From NCBI GenBank assembly GCA_951406725.2, contig OX597814.1, positions 201,996,001 through 202,060,000 of the forward strand: a stretch of 64,000 nt of DNA, read 5' to 3'. Below are positions 27,463-40,769 of the stretch, piece after piece (positions within the stretch are counted from its first letter, which is position 1; the number at the start of each line of letters is the position of its first letter). Source of the DNA: Octopus vulgaris (lineage: Eukaryota). Made by a program: the position numbers and the translations under genes. The notes beneath the pieces were generated by a model. It was not told the origin of the DNA and searched no databases. It saw only the letters and a list, made by a program, of their open reading frames with translations.

Positions 27463-27725
27463 CATCTGTCCCTCATGTCGGTGGCAGATAAAGGCACCCA
27501 CTACACTCTCGGAGTGGTTGGTGTTAGGAAGGGCATCCAGCTGTAGAAACTCTGCCAGATCAGATTGGAACCTGGTGTAGCCATCTGGTTCGCCAGTCCT
27601 CAGTCAAATCGTCCAACCTATGCTAGCATGGAAAGTGGATGTTAAACGATGATGCTGCTGATGATGATGATATATATATTCATATATATATATATACATG
27701 ATGGGCTTCCTTCAGTTTCCATCAA
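27175..27725 (-). mobile_element. Family D SINE interrupted in its (TA)n by a plus-strand family E copy (~27462-27670)
   Basis: D sequence resumes at GATGGGCTTCCTTCAGTTTCC after the (GAT)n tail. Confidence 0.8.
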
Positions 27726-27781
27726 CCACATCCAAAGAAGGGAATTAGAATTAAATTATATTAAAAAGTTATATATATTAG

Positions 27782-28175
27782 TTGTGGTAAGCAGCTTGCT
27801 CACCAACCACATGGTTCCAGGTTCAGTCTCACTGCATAGCACCTTAGGCAAGTGTCTTCTACAGTAGCCTCAGGCCAACCAAAGCCTTCTGAGTGGATTT
27901 GGTAGACGAAAACTGAAAGAAGCCCGTCGTATATATGTATATATATATATAAGTGTGTGTGTATGTTTGTGTGTCTGTGTTTGTCCCCCCAACATCATTT
28001 GACAACCAATGCTGGTGTGTTTATGTCCCCATAACTTTGCGGTTCTGCAAAAGAGACCGATAGAATAAGCACTAGGCTAACAAAGAATAAGTCCTGGGGT
28101 CAATTTGTTCGACTAAAGCAGTGCTCCAGCATGGCTACAGTCAAATGGCTGAAACAAGAAAAAGAGTAAAAGAGC
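27782..28175 (+). mobile_element. Family D SINE
   Basis: Near full-length match. Confidence 0.87.
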
Positions 28176-28679
28176 AAACACTGTAAGTGAATCCAAGGGT
28201 GGCAGTGATTATTGATATCATATGCACTCATTTCTGCTTAAATATTTATTTGATAAAATACAGTTTTCTGTCTTTTATATTGCCGGGAATTAATTGGATG
28301 GTCTGTAGAACTAAAAATTCTGTTGGAGCGGAGATGATGGAAGTGGGACAATAGCTGAAGGTGATGGGCATTCGATGAAAACTACAATATTTTTGGCATG
28401 TTATCAGGGGTCACACCCTCTGTACCTACATCTATGAAATAATCAATTAAATATTGAGAAGCATTGATGTAGGTTAAACTAGAGAAAGAATAAAGCAATA
28501 AAAGCCACCATATATAAATAAATCTAAAACTGGAGAAAAGTTAGGACAATTGTTGGTCAGAAGCACATGTCTGTGAGTGTTCTTTTATCTCCGGATAATA
28601 AGCCTGTCGTTTTCCTTGATGGTATGTCAAGGATAAATTTTTGACTATTTTGCCTTTTCACAAATCAAAATCGCTGACG

Positions 28680-29305
28680 TGGTCGGTGACAATACTGCCT
28701 GACCGGCACTCGTGCCAGTGGAACGTTCAAAGCACATCCGAGCGTGATCATTGCCAGGGCCACGGATTGGCTCCCATGCCAATGGCATGTGAAAAGCATC
28801 ATTCAAGCATGATCGTTGCCAGGGCCACAGATTGGCTCCTGTACCAATGGAATGTGAAAAGCACCATTCAAGCGATAGTTGCCAGGGCCACGGATTGGCA
28901 TCTGTGCTGGTGGCATGTGAAAAGCACCATTCAAGCATGATCATTGCCAGTGTCGCCTTACCAGCACATGTGCTGGTGGCATGGGAAAAACAACATTCAA
29001 GCATGGTCATTGCTAGTGCAACCGGACTGGCTCTCATGCAGGTAGCATGTAAAAAACACCTTTTGAGCATGGTTGCTGCCAGAACCACCTGACTGGCCCT
29101 CATGCCAGTGTTACGTAAAAGCACCCACTACACTCCCTAGTGGTTGACATTAGGAAGGGCATCCAGCTGTGGAAACTTTTCCAGACCAGATTGCGCCTAG
29201 TGCAGTCTCTGGCTCACCAGTCCTCAGTCAAACCGTCCAACTCATGCCAGCATGGAAAGCGAACATTAAACAACGACAACGATGACGATGATAATGATGA
29301 TGATG
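28680..29305 (+). mobile_element. Family E retroposon with about seven diverged 62-67 bp internal units
   Basis: Recurring CATGTGAAAAGCACCATTCAAGC..TTGCCAG, then the E body and (GAT)n tail. Confidence 0.85.
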
Positions 29306-30010
29306 AACTGGAAATAGTTTTAATTTTGATTTTGAAATCATGCTACATCCAATGGAGGCTGAGGTAGTTTTAATAAATGAAGAATTGTATGCTATTTGAT
29401 ATACGTGTATTTGTCAAAAAATGTTTGTTGTTGGTTAGGGCCTCTTTGGAAGGGACAAAGGTATCTTAAATTACAGACAGTAAATAAAAGGAGCCGACAG
29501 GAACTTTACTTCAAAACAAAGACTTTGCTCCATTTCAACCATTTCTGTGAGAAATTCTTTTAATATTTGACCATTAACAGTTATGGCCAACCATTAGAAA
29601 GAAGTATGGAGACATTATTAACTTTCAGAAAATTTCAAAATATCTGTAACTTTTCCAATAACTGTGAAGTTTACTCTTCATCAATTCAAAATGTGGTTTT
29701 CCTAAGACATTTACAATCTTGCACAGCTAAATTCTTCACACCCAAACAAGAAACACAGAAATTATTTTGCACCATAAATATCCAATCCTACTTTTATTAT
29801 TTTCACAATTCTGCCATTGATCCTAAAGTTTCTTCTTTTCAAAAACTATTGTCACCTTCAATGAAACATTCTCCAGTGTTTATTCCACCAATAATATTTA
29901 CCACATTTTACAGAACTGGTGTCAAAGCTAAAATAAAGAACCAATCAGAAAGTGAATACAATGATTGGTTTGACTATATTCTTCAAAGGTATAGGTATGG
30001 CTGTGTAGAA

Positions 30011-30243
30011 GGCGGCGAGCTGGCAGAACCGTTAGCACGCTGGGCAAAATGCATAGCTGTATTTCGTCTGCTGTTACGTTCTGAGTTCAAATTCCACCAA
30101 GGTCGACTTTGCCTTTCATCCTTTCGGGGTCGATAAACTAAGTACCAGTTACGCACTGGGGTCAATATAATTGACTTAATCCGTTTGTCTGTCCTTTGTT
30201 TGTCCCCTGTATGTTTAGCCCCTTGTGGGTAGTAAAGAAATAG
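30011..30243 (+). mobile_element. Family C SINE, full length, at the head of a diverged D copy
   Basis: GGCGGCGAGCTGGCAGAA head, GAGTTCAAATTCC B box, GTAAAGAAATAG tail. Confidence 0.88.
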
Positions 30244-30660
30244 GTAGAGGCATGGCTGTGTGGTTAAGAAGTTTGTCTTGCAATCATGTGGTTTCAGGTT
30301 CAATTCCAATGTGTGGTACTTTGGTTGAATGTCTTCTACAATTACCCTGGGCTGATCAATGTCTTCTGAGTGGAATTGGTAGATAGGGATTGAGTGAAAG
30401 CCTATCATATATACATGTGTGTGTGTGTTTAGCGGAGTTATTTGTGTCAGCATTTGCCACTGACTGATTGATTGTTGATTGATTGATTGATAAATAGAGA
30501 GAAAGAAAGAGAGGGATGACAGACTTCTTCCAGCTACTGTCCACCAAATCCCCTCATGAGGCTTTGGGTGACCCCAGTATAAGGTAGAAGATACTTGCAA
30601 AAGTTTCCTGTCTTGCATTCTTATGAAATATATGTATATATATGTATATATATATATATA

Positions 30661-30823
30661 CTTTATTTAAAAGCATCAGAAATGTAACAAAAGCTGTTAC
30701 TCGGAGCTTCACGTTCCCATTCTGTCCAACAGTTTTGTTAAAAAATACAAAACTGTCCGATGAACAGGAACGTGAAACTCCGAGTAACAGCTTTTGTTAC
30801 GTTTCTGCTGCTTTTAAATAAAG
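30661..30823. repeat. Inverted repeat (~77-bp arms, 10-nt spacer) carrying a hammerhead-like motif
   Basis: Arms 30661-30737 and 30748-30823. Plus arm reads CUGU-CCGAUGA-ACAGGAACGU-GAAACUCCGAGUA-ACAG. Confidence 0.8.
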
Positions 30824-31106
30824 CATATTACTCTACCTCTGGTATTTGAGTACTCTTTTCTTCCACCTTGTTTCACATTTATGTTCTTACTCCGGTATAT
30901 ATATATATATAAGTTCAGTAAAAATTTAGATTCAGATGAATATGGTACATAAGTTAAAGGCACCAGAATTTAGTATGGTATTATCCATATAATTCAAAAT
31001 GGGGTGATTATAATCAAAATAAGCAACAAGGATATCCAGAGGTAATTATAATCAAAATGAGATGATCGTACAGCATTACCTCTGGATATCCTGGTTGCTT
31101 ATTTTC

Positions 31107-31182
<76 letters not shown>

Positions 31183-32699
31183 ATATAATATATAAAAGAT
31201 TCTTCTTCTCAAAACGATTTCAGTCCAGTCCAAAGGTTCCTTCTCTTATAAACTCCCAAAAGTTATGAATTCAACTCTTTAGTTGTGATCAGTTAAAACT
31301 ATGTATAGTTGGTTTGTTATCAATAGAAACATCCAACATTTATCTTCAGTTTCAAAAGAGTTACATAAAAAAGAAAAGACAACTGTGTTTTCCACCAAAG
31401 AGTCTTCAGCCTATTTCAGATTAATTTTCTATAGAAATATGAAATCAAATACCAAATATCAAATATCAGGGCTTTGAGCTTGTATAACAGTTGGTGTATC
31501 ATATTTTCATGTAGCACTAACATCATCTTCCAGATCAGCAATCCTTGGAGGAAATAAAATCAAAAACATTAAAACTATTACAAAAATATTGAATGAAAAT
31601 CTGTGCATTTTAAATATAAGTATTATACTAAAAGTACCAAAATATAAAATTTTCATCTACAGGAATGTTTGATATGATAACTACTTCAAAAAGGAATGTT
31701 TAAGTGATGAAACCATGTGATCTGTAATATGGATTACCAATGAATATTTTCCATATAATATTACTATCAGAGTTGCTTTTGTTTTGTGTTGTTTTGTTGA
31801 TTTTATTTATTATTATTTTGTTTTTACTTTTTACTTTTTATTCACTCTTACCATTTAGACAGAAACTTCCGAACCATTATTTTGTTTTATGAATAATTTG
31901 TTAGAAAGAAGCAATTATTCCGGATCATAGGACAACTGTAAATATCTGATCTGCTCTTTTTTCTTTTTGTTTAGAATTGGTACTAAATTGGTGAGAAAGA
32001 TACTCCAGGAAAACACTATTCAATCACATGAGAGATTCCAGTGAGATAAGATAGAATATTTTATTGCATTATGCCTTATAGAATATGAAGGAAATTGCCA
32101 AAATATTACTTCTGATGGAAATTAATATAATCATGCCATACGAAAAATGAAAAGATCCAATTTGGCAAATTATAAAATTGCTAAATGTCACTGTAAATTC
32201 CCTATGATTAGTCTCAGTAGACTATATTTGGACATTAGAGCAGTTTCTGTACATATCTGCTATTTGTATAAACAAATTGGCTCAAATAGAAAAATGGACA
32301 TTGCAAATGGGAATTGGACTGGATTGATCAATTCTTAATGAAATACCTTAACAGGTTATTTATGGCAATAATCAGGCTTAAACATAGTTTGGTAAAGCAA
32401 CGGCTGTCATGTCTGTTTTCTTATTTAAGCTGTATTTTATACAGTTTTTCATTTGTATAAATTCATTCATATAAAACGGTCAGGAACATTTGTAGAAAAT
32501 AGGTAATTTCTAATCTAATAGAATCATATTGTAATATGTAAATGCTTGGGCAGGAGAGGGCAAAGATAAGCAACAGCAGTGTATATTATACATACATATA
32601 TAGATATTCATGTTTGTATATGTGTGTGTGTGTGTGTGAATCCATAAATACACAATGCATATATATAAATATATATGGCAAATGAAAGACAGAATTCTT

Positions 32700-32897
32700 T
32701 TATTTGTTTATTCTTTCATTTGTTTCAGTCATTTGACTGCGACCATGCTGGAGCACCACCTTTAGTCAAGCAAATCAACCCTGGGACTTAATCTTTGTAA
32801 GCCTAGTACTTATTCTATCGGTCTCTCTTGCCGAACCGCTAAGTGACAGGGATGTAAACACACTAGCATCGATTGTCAGGTGATGTTGGGGGGACAG

Positions 32898-32932
<35 letters not shown>

Positions 32933-33090
32933 ACAGGCTTCTTTCAGTTTCCATCTACCAAATCCATTCACAAGGCTTTGGCCAACCCGAGGCTATAGTA
33001 GAAGACACTTGCCCAAAGTATCACTAAGTAAGACTGAACCCAGAACCATGTGGTTGGTAAGCAAGCTACTTATCACACAGCCACTCCTGC
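32700..33090 (-). mobile_element. Family D SINE flanked by a ~100-bp direct repeat
   Basis: 32592-32688 is repeated, with microsatellite expansion, at 33091-33247. Confidence 0.85.
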
Positions 33091-33128
33091 ATACATATAT
33101 AGATATACATGTTTATATATGTGCATGC

Positions 33129-33164
<36 letters not shown>

Positions 33165-33775
33165 CCATAAATACACAACACATATACATAGACAACACAT
33201 ATACATAGACAACACATATATATATAAATACATATGGCAAGTGAAAGCTGGAAGATAGAATATAAGCCACCAGGTGTAAACCATTCGTTTTATTCTCAAT
33301 TATATAAATATATATATTCGTATATATATACATATATACACATATATCTTATATACAAATTACCTTAGTTTGATTTGAAAACCCCACTAGAATGGGAGAA
33401 AGCGCTAATGATCTAAGTGATATGATATATATATATAAAAATGTAATATACAAATAAATATCTGTAAATATAAACCATCCGATCTTCTGAGTACCTCATT
33501 TCTTCTAATATATAATACCTGTACATCATCTCCAAACCTTCCAATACATATATATACACATATACACATGTGCATGTATTCATATGCACGCACATGCACA
33601 TGAACACACACACACACACACACACATATATTTCATAATTTATTCCATCGTTTGAATGTCTTTGCATTATTTTTTGTTGCTGGTGACCACCGTTAATTTT
33701 CCTGTATTCCCTTTCACAATACATTGTAGAAATCACACTCATACACTCTTACATACATATACACAAATTACTTTC

Positions 33776-34515
33776 ATCATCATCATCATCATTTAGCGTC
33801 CGCTTTCCATGCTAGCATGGGTTGGACGGTTCAACCGGGGTCTGTGAAGCCAGAAGGCTGCATCAGGCCCAGTCTGAGCTGGCAGTGTTTCTACAGCTGG
33901 ATGCCCTTCCTAATTCCAACCACTCTGTGAGTGTAGTGGGTGCTTTTTACAGGTGCCAGACGGAGCTGGCAAATGGCCACGAATGGATGGTGCTTTTACG
34001 TGCCACCGGTACAGGGGCCAGACGGGGCAGTGCTGGCAACGGCCACAATCGGATGGTTTGCTTAACCACAGCTGCAGTTTCCACTGATGTTGATCGACCT
34101 CAATTTTGGTTCTGCTTTCTGATATCTGATTTGATTTGGTTTGATTTTGATTTTGATTTTGACTGTTCTTATACAATAAAGAAATCTGTTTATTCCACTC
34201 GACAGGGTTACTAAAGTAAAACAGAAAAGTACAATCAAGAAATAATTCATTATCATCATCATCACCGTTTAACGTCCGTTTTCCGTGCTGGCATGGGTTG
34301 GACGGTTCGACCGGGGTCTGGGAAGCCAGGAGGCTGCACCAGGCTCCAGTCTGATCTGGCAGTGTTTCTACAGCTGGATGCCCTTCCTAATGCCAACCAC
34401 TCCGTGAGTTTAGTGGGCGCTTTTTATGTGCCACCAGCACAGGTGCCAGAGGAGGCTGGCAGCGGCCATGATCGGTTGGTGCTTTTACATGCCACTGGCA
34501 CAGAAGCCAGTCAGT
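33776..34515 (-). mobile_element. Two adjacent family E copies (33776-~34070, 34252-34515)
   Basis: Each begins with (CAT)n plus CGTCCG..CATGGGTTGGACGG on plus. Confidence 0.85.
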
Positions 34516-34539
34516 TAACATATACAAAACTAATGAGAA

Positions 34540-35212
34540 GAGGTATCAAAAAGATACCCAGATGAATAATATTTCATATAAAAGTAACTTATTTACCTAA
34601 CTTTTAACATCATTTCCTTCGAAATAGTCACCTTGTGCAGCAATACACCAGTCCCAAGGTTCCTGCCGCTTTTGGGGATCCAGCCTGGAAGTCATTTTCT
34701 GTAAGCGAGTCAAGGACTTTCTGCAATTTGCACTTGATCCCGACGGTGATCTTAGAGTTGCATTTTCCTCTTAGGGAAGAGATGGAAGTTCACATATGCT
34801 AAATCTGGTGAATAGGGTGGGTGCAGAAGTGATTCCATGTTGCTTTTGGTGAGAAACGCATGAGTGAGGAGATCTCCCCCTGACAGGGTGCGTTGACATT
34901 GTGAAGAATCCAGTTCTTCACACTCCATAAATCCGATCCCTTTTGCCAAATGTTCTCCCTCAAATGCTTCAAACTGTTGATGATTCTCCTCTCAAGGTCT
35001 TCAAGCTGACAAATTTTCTTCACATTTCTAGAGGTGATGCTTGTAGCAAGTCTTCCAGATCCCTCCCGCTTTCCAGGAATGTTCTTCTGCTTTTGAAATG
35101 CCCATGCCTGTTGAAACATTGCGTATGATTCCTTGGATCATCACCTTAAGCTTTCCGAAGCATTCTCAATGTCTCTATAGCAGACATCCCAAGTTTAATG
35201 CAAAATTTCATG
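34540..35212 (-). pseudogene. Degenerate mariner transposase fragment
   Basis: WILHNVNAPC and LHPPYSPDLA..FHLFPK motifs. Confidence 0.85.
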
Positions 35213-35216
35213 TTGG

Positions 35217-35462
35217 GGTTAAGAGCACAGGCTACTAAAACCCAAGATTACAAGTTTAATTCCAGGCAGTGACCAGAATAATAATAATAATAACATTGAA
35301 AAATACCTTAGGAATGAAAACCCAGGTTCAAAATTTTCCCAAGATACCTAATGAAGGCTGGAGGGTATATCAGCCGAAATGTTGTGTTAACAAGAAAGAT
35401 GAGGACAAATATCCGTTAAATGTAAATAATGTATATAATTCCTCATCTCTTAAATATAGAAC
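35217..35462 (+). mobile_element. Family F element: tRNA-like head + (AAT)n + hammerhead body
   Basis: Collinear with the minus arm at 22771-23022; GATAC-CTAATGA-A-GGCTG..CAGCC-GAAATGTT-GTGTT (core mutated). Confidence 0.8.
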
Positions 35463-35656
35463 TAAATTACACTTATATTGTCTGTACAAGTGTTTCATAT
35501 CAATAGTCTGTTGCTATGGTCAATTCACAAATAGAAAGTATGTATATGTATTATGAGAATTCTTTATACTTTTGGCTTTAAAATATTCTTTATTAACGAT
35601 TATGGGTCTACAACTGCTATAAGCTAGAGATTTATTGCGCTTTATTACTTTAGGAG

Positions 35657-35920
35657 TGGAGGCACGTGGCTTAGTGGCTAGGGTGTTGAACTCATGATCG
35701 TATGGTTGTGGTTTCGATTCTTGGACTGGGCGATGCATTGTGTTCTTGAGCAAAACACTTCATTTCCCGTTGCTCCAGTCCACTCAGCTGGCAAAAATGA
35801 GTAATTTTACGATGGAATGGCATCCCAACCAGGTGGGGAATTTCTATGCCACTGAAATCAGGAAACCGTCCCTAATGAGCCTGGCATGGCTCGAGAAGGA
35901 ACATTTATTTTTTTTATTTA
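35657..35920 (+). mobile_element. Family H-related SINE
   Basis: tRNA head; tail ATGAGCC.GGCATGGCTCGAGAAGGAAC shared with 12312; TSD TTTATTACTTTAGGAG (35641-35656, 35921-35936). Confidence 0.85.
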
Positions 35921-35948
35921 TTTATTACTTTAGGAGATTATTCTAGAT

Positions 35949-36160
35949 CTTTTCTACACTTGGCACATGGCCTGAAATTTTGGGGGAGGGGGCCAGTCGA
36001 TTAGATCGACCCCAGTGCATAACTGGTACTTAATTTATCGAACCCAAAAGGATGAAAGGCAAAGTCGACCTCGGCGGAATTTGAACTCAGAACATAACGA
36101 CAGACGAAATACTGCTAAGCATTCCACCCGACATGCTAACATTTCTGCCAGTTCACTGCT
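35949..36160 (-). mobile_element. Family C SINE, alternative-tail variant
   Basis: C head and body; tail matches 58620-58675. Confidence 0.85.
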
Positions 36161-36669
36161 TTAGAAATTACACTTAAATTGTCTGCACAAGTGTTTCATA
36201 TCAATAGTCTGTTGCTGTGGTCAATTCACAAATAGAAAGTATGTATATGCATTATGAGAATTCTTTATACTTTTGGCTTTAAATATTCGTTATTAACGAT
36301 TATGGGTCTACAACTGCTATAAGCTAGAGATTTATTGCGCTTTATTACTTTGGGAAATTATTCCAGATGTTGTATAATAAGATATTAATGTAATTTTAGT
36401 CATATTAAAAATGACGCATTTTACAGAACAGTTTTAAAATTACATTATAAAAGTAATTGTACTAATACTAATTTTCAACATTAAATCTAACTTCTTTATT
36501 TATTTATGATCTACGGCTGCTGTAAGAAAATCATTTTTAATTTTCCAAACTGAGTGAAAGATGAATATAAAACATTCTGATTACCAAGGATATCTAATCA
36601 GGAAATTTTTTCAAACACAACTTATAAAAAATGTAAGCATGTGTAAATTTCAGAATCGTTATTCGGGCA

Positions 36670-37470
36670 ACGATTTTTTCAAATAATAAAGTTTTGATAT
36701 GGGTGTAATTCATTTACCAACATATTTTTTGAAAAGTAAAAATATTGATGTAAATGCAGAGTGTGTGTTAAAGAACAGGTTTTGAAACAACAAAGCATTG
36801 TTAGGAATGTAACGTGTGCCAAAACCTGTTTTCATAATAATAAAGCACTTTCAGGGGAGAAAAGCATGTGTAAGTATATTTTAAAAACAATAAAGTATTG
36901 TTAAAGCACAACCGTTTATCAAACCTAGATTTTGGAATAGTAAAGAATAGAGGGCAATATTCCAAAATAATCATGAGCTATTTTCAATTTTTTTTAGTAT
37001 TTCCATGTGGTTGATATTGGTTGGAAAAATAACGATTTCTTACATAGGTACAACGCTACAAATTTTAAGGTGTGCTATTTGTCAAGTAAATAAACTGTGA
37101 TAACTGACTGGTACTTATTTTATGTCAAAAACGTTTTTAGAATTGCATTGTTGAGGGGACAAGGCATGTCGTAAACGGTTTATATGAAGTTAAGTATTGT
37201 CAGAGGTTTCGAAAATACAGTTTGTAGAAGAGTAAAGAAATACTGGGAATGTAATACGTGTGTCGAAGTAGATTTTAGAAAAGTTGTGTGGGATGCAACA
37301 AGTGTTGAAAACAGTTTTTTGAACTGTAAAATTGTTAAGAGATGAAAATCGTATCGATAACAAATTTTTGGAACAGTAAAATGTTGTTTGATGCCGAACT
37401 CGTCTCAAAAAAGTTTGTTTTCTAAACAGCAAAGTACTGTTAGGAGTGGAATTTGAGTCAAAAACATTTT
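36670..37470. repeat. Highly degenerate ~51-bp minisatellite
   Basis: AA(C/T)A(A/G)TAAAG(C/T)ATTG(A/T)T-like motif at about 36682, 36733, 36786, 36837, 36887, 36936, 37322, 37372 and 37425. Confidence 0.6.
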
Positions 37471-37494
37471 TTCTACTGTTCTCTCTCTCTATAT

Positions 37495-37640
37495 ATATAT
37501 ATATTTTAGAGATGAGGAATTCTGTACACTATTTACATTAGATGGATATGTGTCCTCATCTTGTTTGTTGCTACCACAACTTTTCAGCTGATTTACACTC
37601 CAGCCTTCATCAGGTGTCCTAGTGGGATTTTGTACCCGAC
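37495..37640 (-). mobile_element. Family F 3' fragment beside (TA)n
   Basis: Minus strand: GACAC-CTGATGA-A-GGCTG..CAGCT-GAAAAGTT-GTGGT. Confidence 0.75.
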
Positions 37641-38039
37641 AAGAGACAGTTGAGGCTATAAAAAATCATAATGGCTCAGCTAGCCATTATAATCATAGGT
37701 TTGCCTGCAATACACAGGTATTACATCGGGAGATGAGGAAGAACCATATTCTTTTTTAAGAAAGCCCTTCGTAAGAAGATCTTGAATCATTTTGGCTTTC
37801 TCTCCCTTCTTTGTACATTTTTATTTATGCTCCCACCCCAAGAGTCCCAAAATAAGTTGCAGATTTATTGCTTGTTGTAAGGGCATTTGGTGAAATATAT
37901 TTTCTGAATTGACCTTTCGACCAAAGATTTGAATGCGTCCCTTATTAACCCACGCAATGGATGAGGCTTCTGGAGGTCTTACTCATGCCAGGCTCCAAGC
38001 TGGTATTCATATTGGACTAATTTTGGATATGGAAACATC

Positions 38040-38433
38040 TTTTATCTTTTACTTGTTTCTGTTATCAAATTGTGGTCATGCTGGGGCAGCACACTGAAGA
38101 ATTTTTAGCCAAATGAATCGATCCCAGTACTTGTGTTTTTAAAGCCTGGTACTTATTCTATCATTCTTTTTGCTGAACAGGGACATAAGCAAACCAACAC
38201 CGGTTGTCAATCAGTGGTGGGGTACAAACACTCACACACACACACACACATACCCCCCACACACACACACACATATGATAGGCTTTCAGTTTCCGTCAAC
38301 GAATCCAGTCACAGGGCTTTGGTCAGCCCAGAGCTATAGTAGAAGGCACACCTGCTCAAGGTGTCACTCTGTGGGACTGAACCCTGAACCACGTAGTTAT
38401 GGAACAAACTTCTTACCACACAGCTACGCCTGC
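38040..38433 (-). mobile_element. Family D SINE, old copy
   Basis: Diverged match to D. Confidence 0.75.
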
Positions 38434-39066
38434 GATATTGATCAATATTAGAATCTATATTATACATTAATTTGGGACAGAAAAGAGAAACTGGCTTTCT
38501 CTTGTAAATAGGATTATTTCTCTTCTGAATCTCAAATGGATTCTTACAATATTGAATATCAACTCTACATTGAAAAATCTTAGCAGCTAATTTGCTCTTC
38601 ACATCGCAAAGATCAATTTTAGTTGAGTCACTATGCTTTACTGGACATTACTGTGTATAATGTATGGTGTCTATACATGACATTTTAACCTGTCCTTCTA
38701 CGCTAAACAACTGAATATCTTGTTTAGCTAAAACAGCACAGTTAAAGACAAATAGCATAAAAAGTAGATTTAAGTAGCTAATATGTGAGAGGGAGGGGTG
38801 AGGCAGAAACAGAGAGAGAAAGAGAGGGAAACTGAGAGAGAGAGAGAGTGAGTGTGTGTATAGTAATAGAAGCATCGTGGTGTAATCTGTAATATGACCA
38901 CCCAGTAAGCTGCGAAAATATTTCTATTTATCATTTGAAATAAATTTCTCAAAGTCTTCCACTCTTGTTAAATGCTATTCCAAAGAAACTTATAAAATCA
39001 AGCAAAAACTGAAGATATTCCTGGTCCTTCTTCTTTGATACTGGTAACGTTATTAAAGTCAATTTC

Positions 39067-39076
39067 ATATATATAT

Positions 39077-39131
<55 letters not shown>

Positions 39132-39422
39132 TATATATACACATATATATACATATATATATATATATACACATATCATCATCATCATCATCATATACAT
39201 ATATACATATATATATATATACATACATATATATATACACATATATATACATATATATATATACATATATATATATATACATATATATATACATACATAT
39301 ATATATACATACATACATACATATATATATATATATACATACATATATATATACATACATATATATATACATACATATATATATATACATACATACATAT
39401 ATATGTATATATACATACATAC

Positions 39423-39454
<32 letters not shown>

Positions 39455-39474
39455 ATATACATATACATATACAT

Positions 39475-39509
<35 letters not shown>

Positions 39510-39562
39510 TATGTATATATATATATACATATACATATACATATATATATATATACATATAC

Positions 39563-39627
<65 letters not shown>

Positions 39628-39628
39628 G
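39067..39628. repeat. Complex (TA)/(TACA)/(CATATA) microsatellite
   Basis: Direct reading. Confidence 0.95.
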
Positions 39629-40247
39629 TATAACTGTCTGAGAAAATTGTTTTGTTGAGTTTTGAATGTAATCTTAGCAGTATCACCAGATATGTTAGTC
39701 GCCTTATGATACTTGAAGTCAATATCTTCAGGCAATATTCCTAAATAATCATGAGCTATTTTCAATTTTTTTAGTATTTCCATGTGGTGGATATTGATCG
39801 GGAAAAATAATAAGTTTCTTACATAGGTACAACGCTACAAATTTCAAGGTGTGCTATCTATCAAGTAAATAAACTGCGATAACTGACTGCTACTTATTTT
39901 ATCAACACTGCAAGGATGTGTAGTAATTTTCATACGGCCACACGAAGTCGTGGTCATTCGACATTTTTTTTTCCTGGTTTATTGAAGAAATTAGAGAGTA
40001 GAACTATTTAGTCAAGCAAAGATTCCATTAGCAAGACTCTCTCTTCTCACAGAATTCAATCAGAGCAGAAACAGTCCTTCTACTCTTATTCTGCTTCAGC
40101 TAATCGTATCCCAAGATATGTTTTAGTTCCAGTGAGGCATTATTTTGTCCTACCTCTATGCTACCAGGTGTTAAACATATTAATTTCGCTTATTTTTACC
40201 TCGTTCTCCTTTCACACACCACATCATTCTCTTTTCACGCTACACAT

Positions 40248-40456
40248 ACTCTCTTTACTCTTTTACTTGTTTCAGTCATTTGACTGTGGCCATGCTGGAG
40301 CACCGCCTTTAGTCGAGCAAATCGACCCCGGGACTTATTCTTTGTAAGCCCAGTACTTATTCTATCGGTCTCTTTTGCCGAACCACTAAGTGACAGGGAC
40401 GTAAACACACCAGCATCGGTTGTCAAGCAATGCAAGGGGGACAAACAGACACACAA

Positions 40457-40515
<59 letters not shown>

Positions 40516-40670
40516 TACGACAGGCTTCTTTCAGTTTCCGTCTACCAAATCCACTCACAAGGCATTGGTCGGCTCGGGGCTATAGCAGAAGACACTTGCC
40601 CAAGATGCCACGCAATGGGACTGAACCCGGAACCATGTGGTTGGTTAGCAAGCTACTTACCACACAGCCA
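40248..40670 (-). mobile_element. Family D SINE, young copy
   Basis: Near-identical to 50310-50730. Confidence 0.9.
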
Positions 40671-40769
40671 GTCCTGTCACAAGTGAAACACAAAAAAGAT
40701 TTTAATTCATCACACCACTACTATAAGGCCCTTATCTCTAATATCTATGTACATATGTGTTTATGTATG

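Noticed and set aside
31380-32045. Short splice-acceptor-like exon candidates on both strands
   Set aside because: Too short, with no recognisable protein or partner exons.
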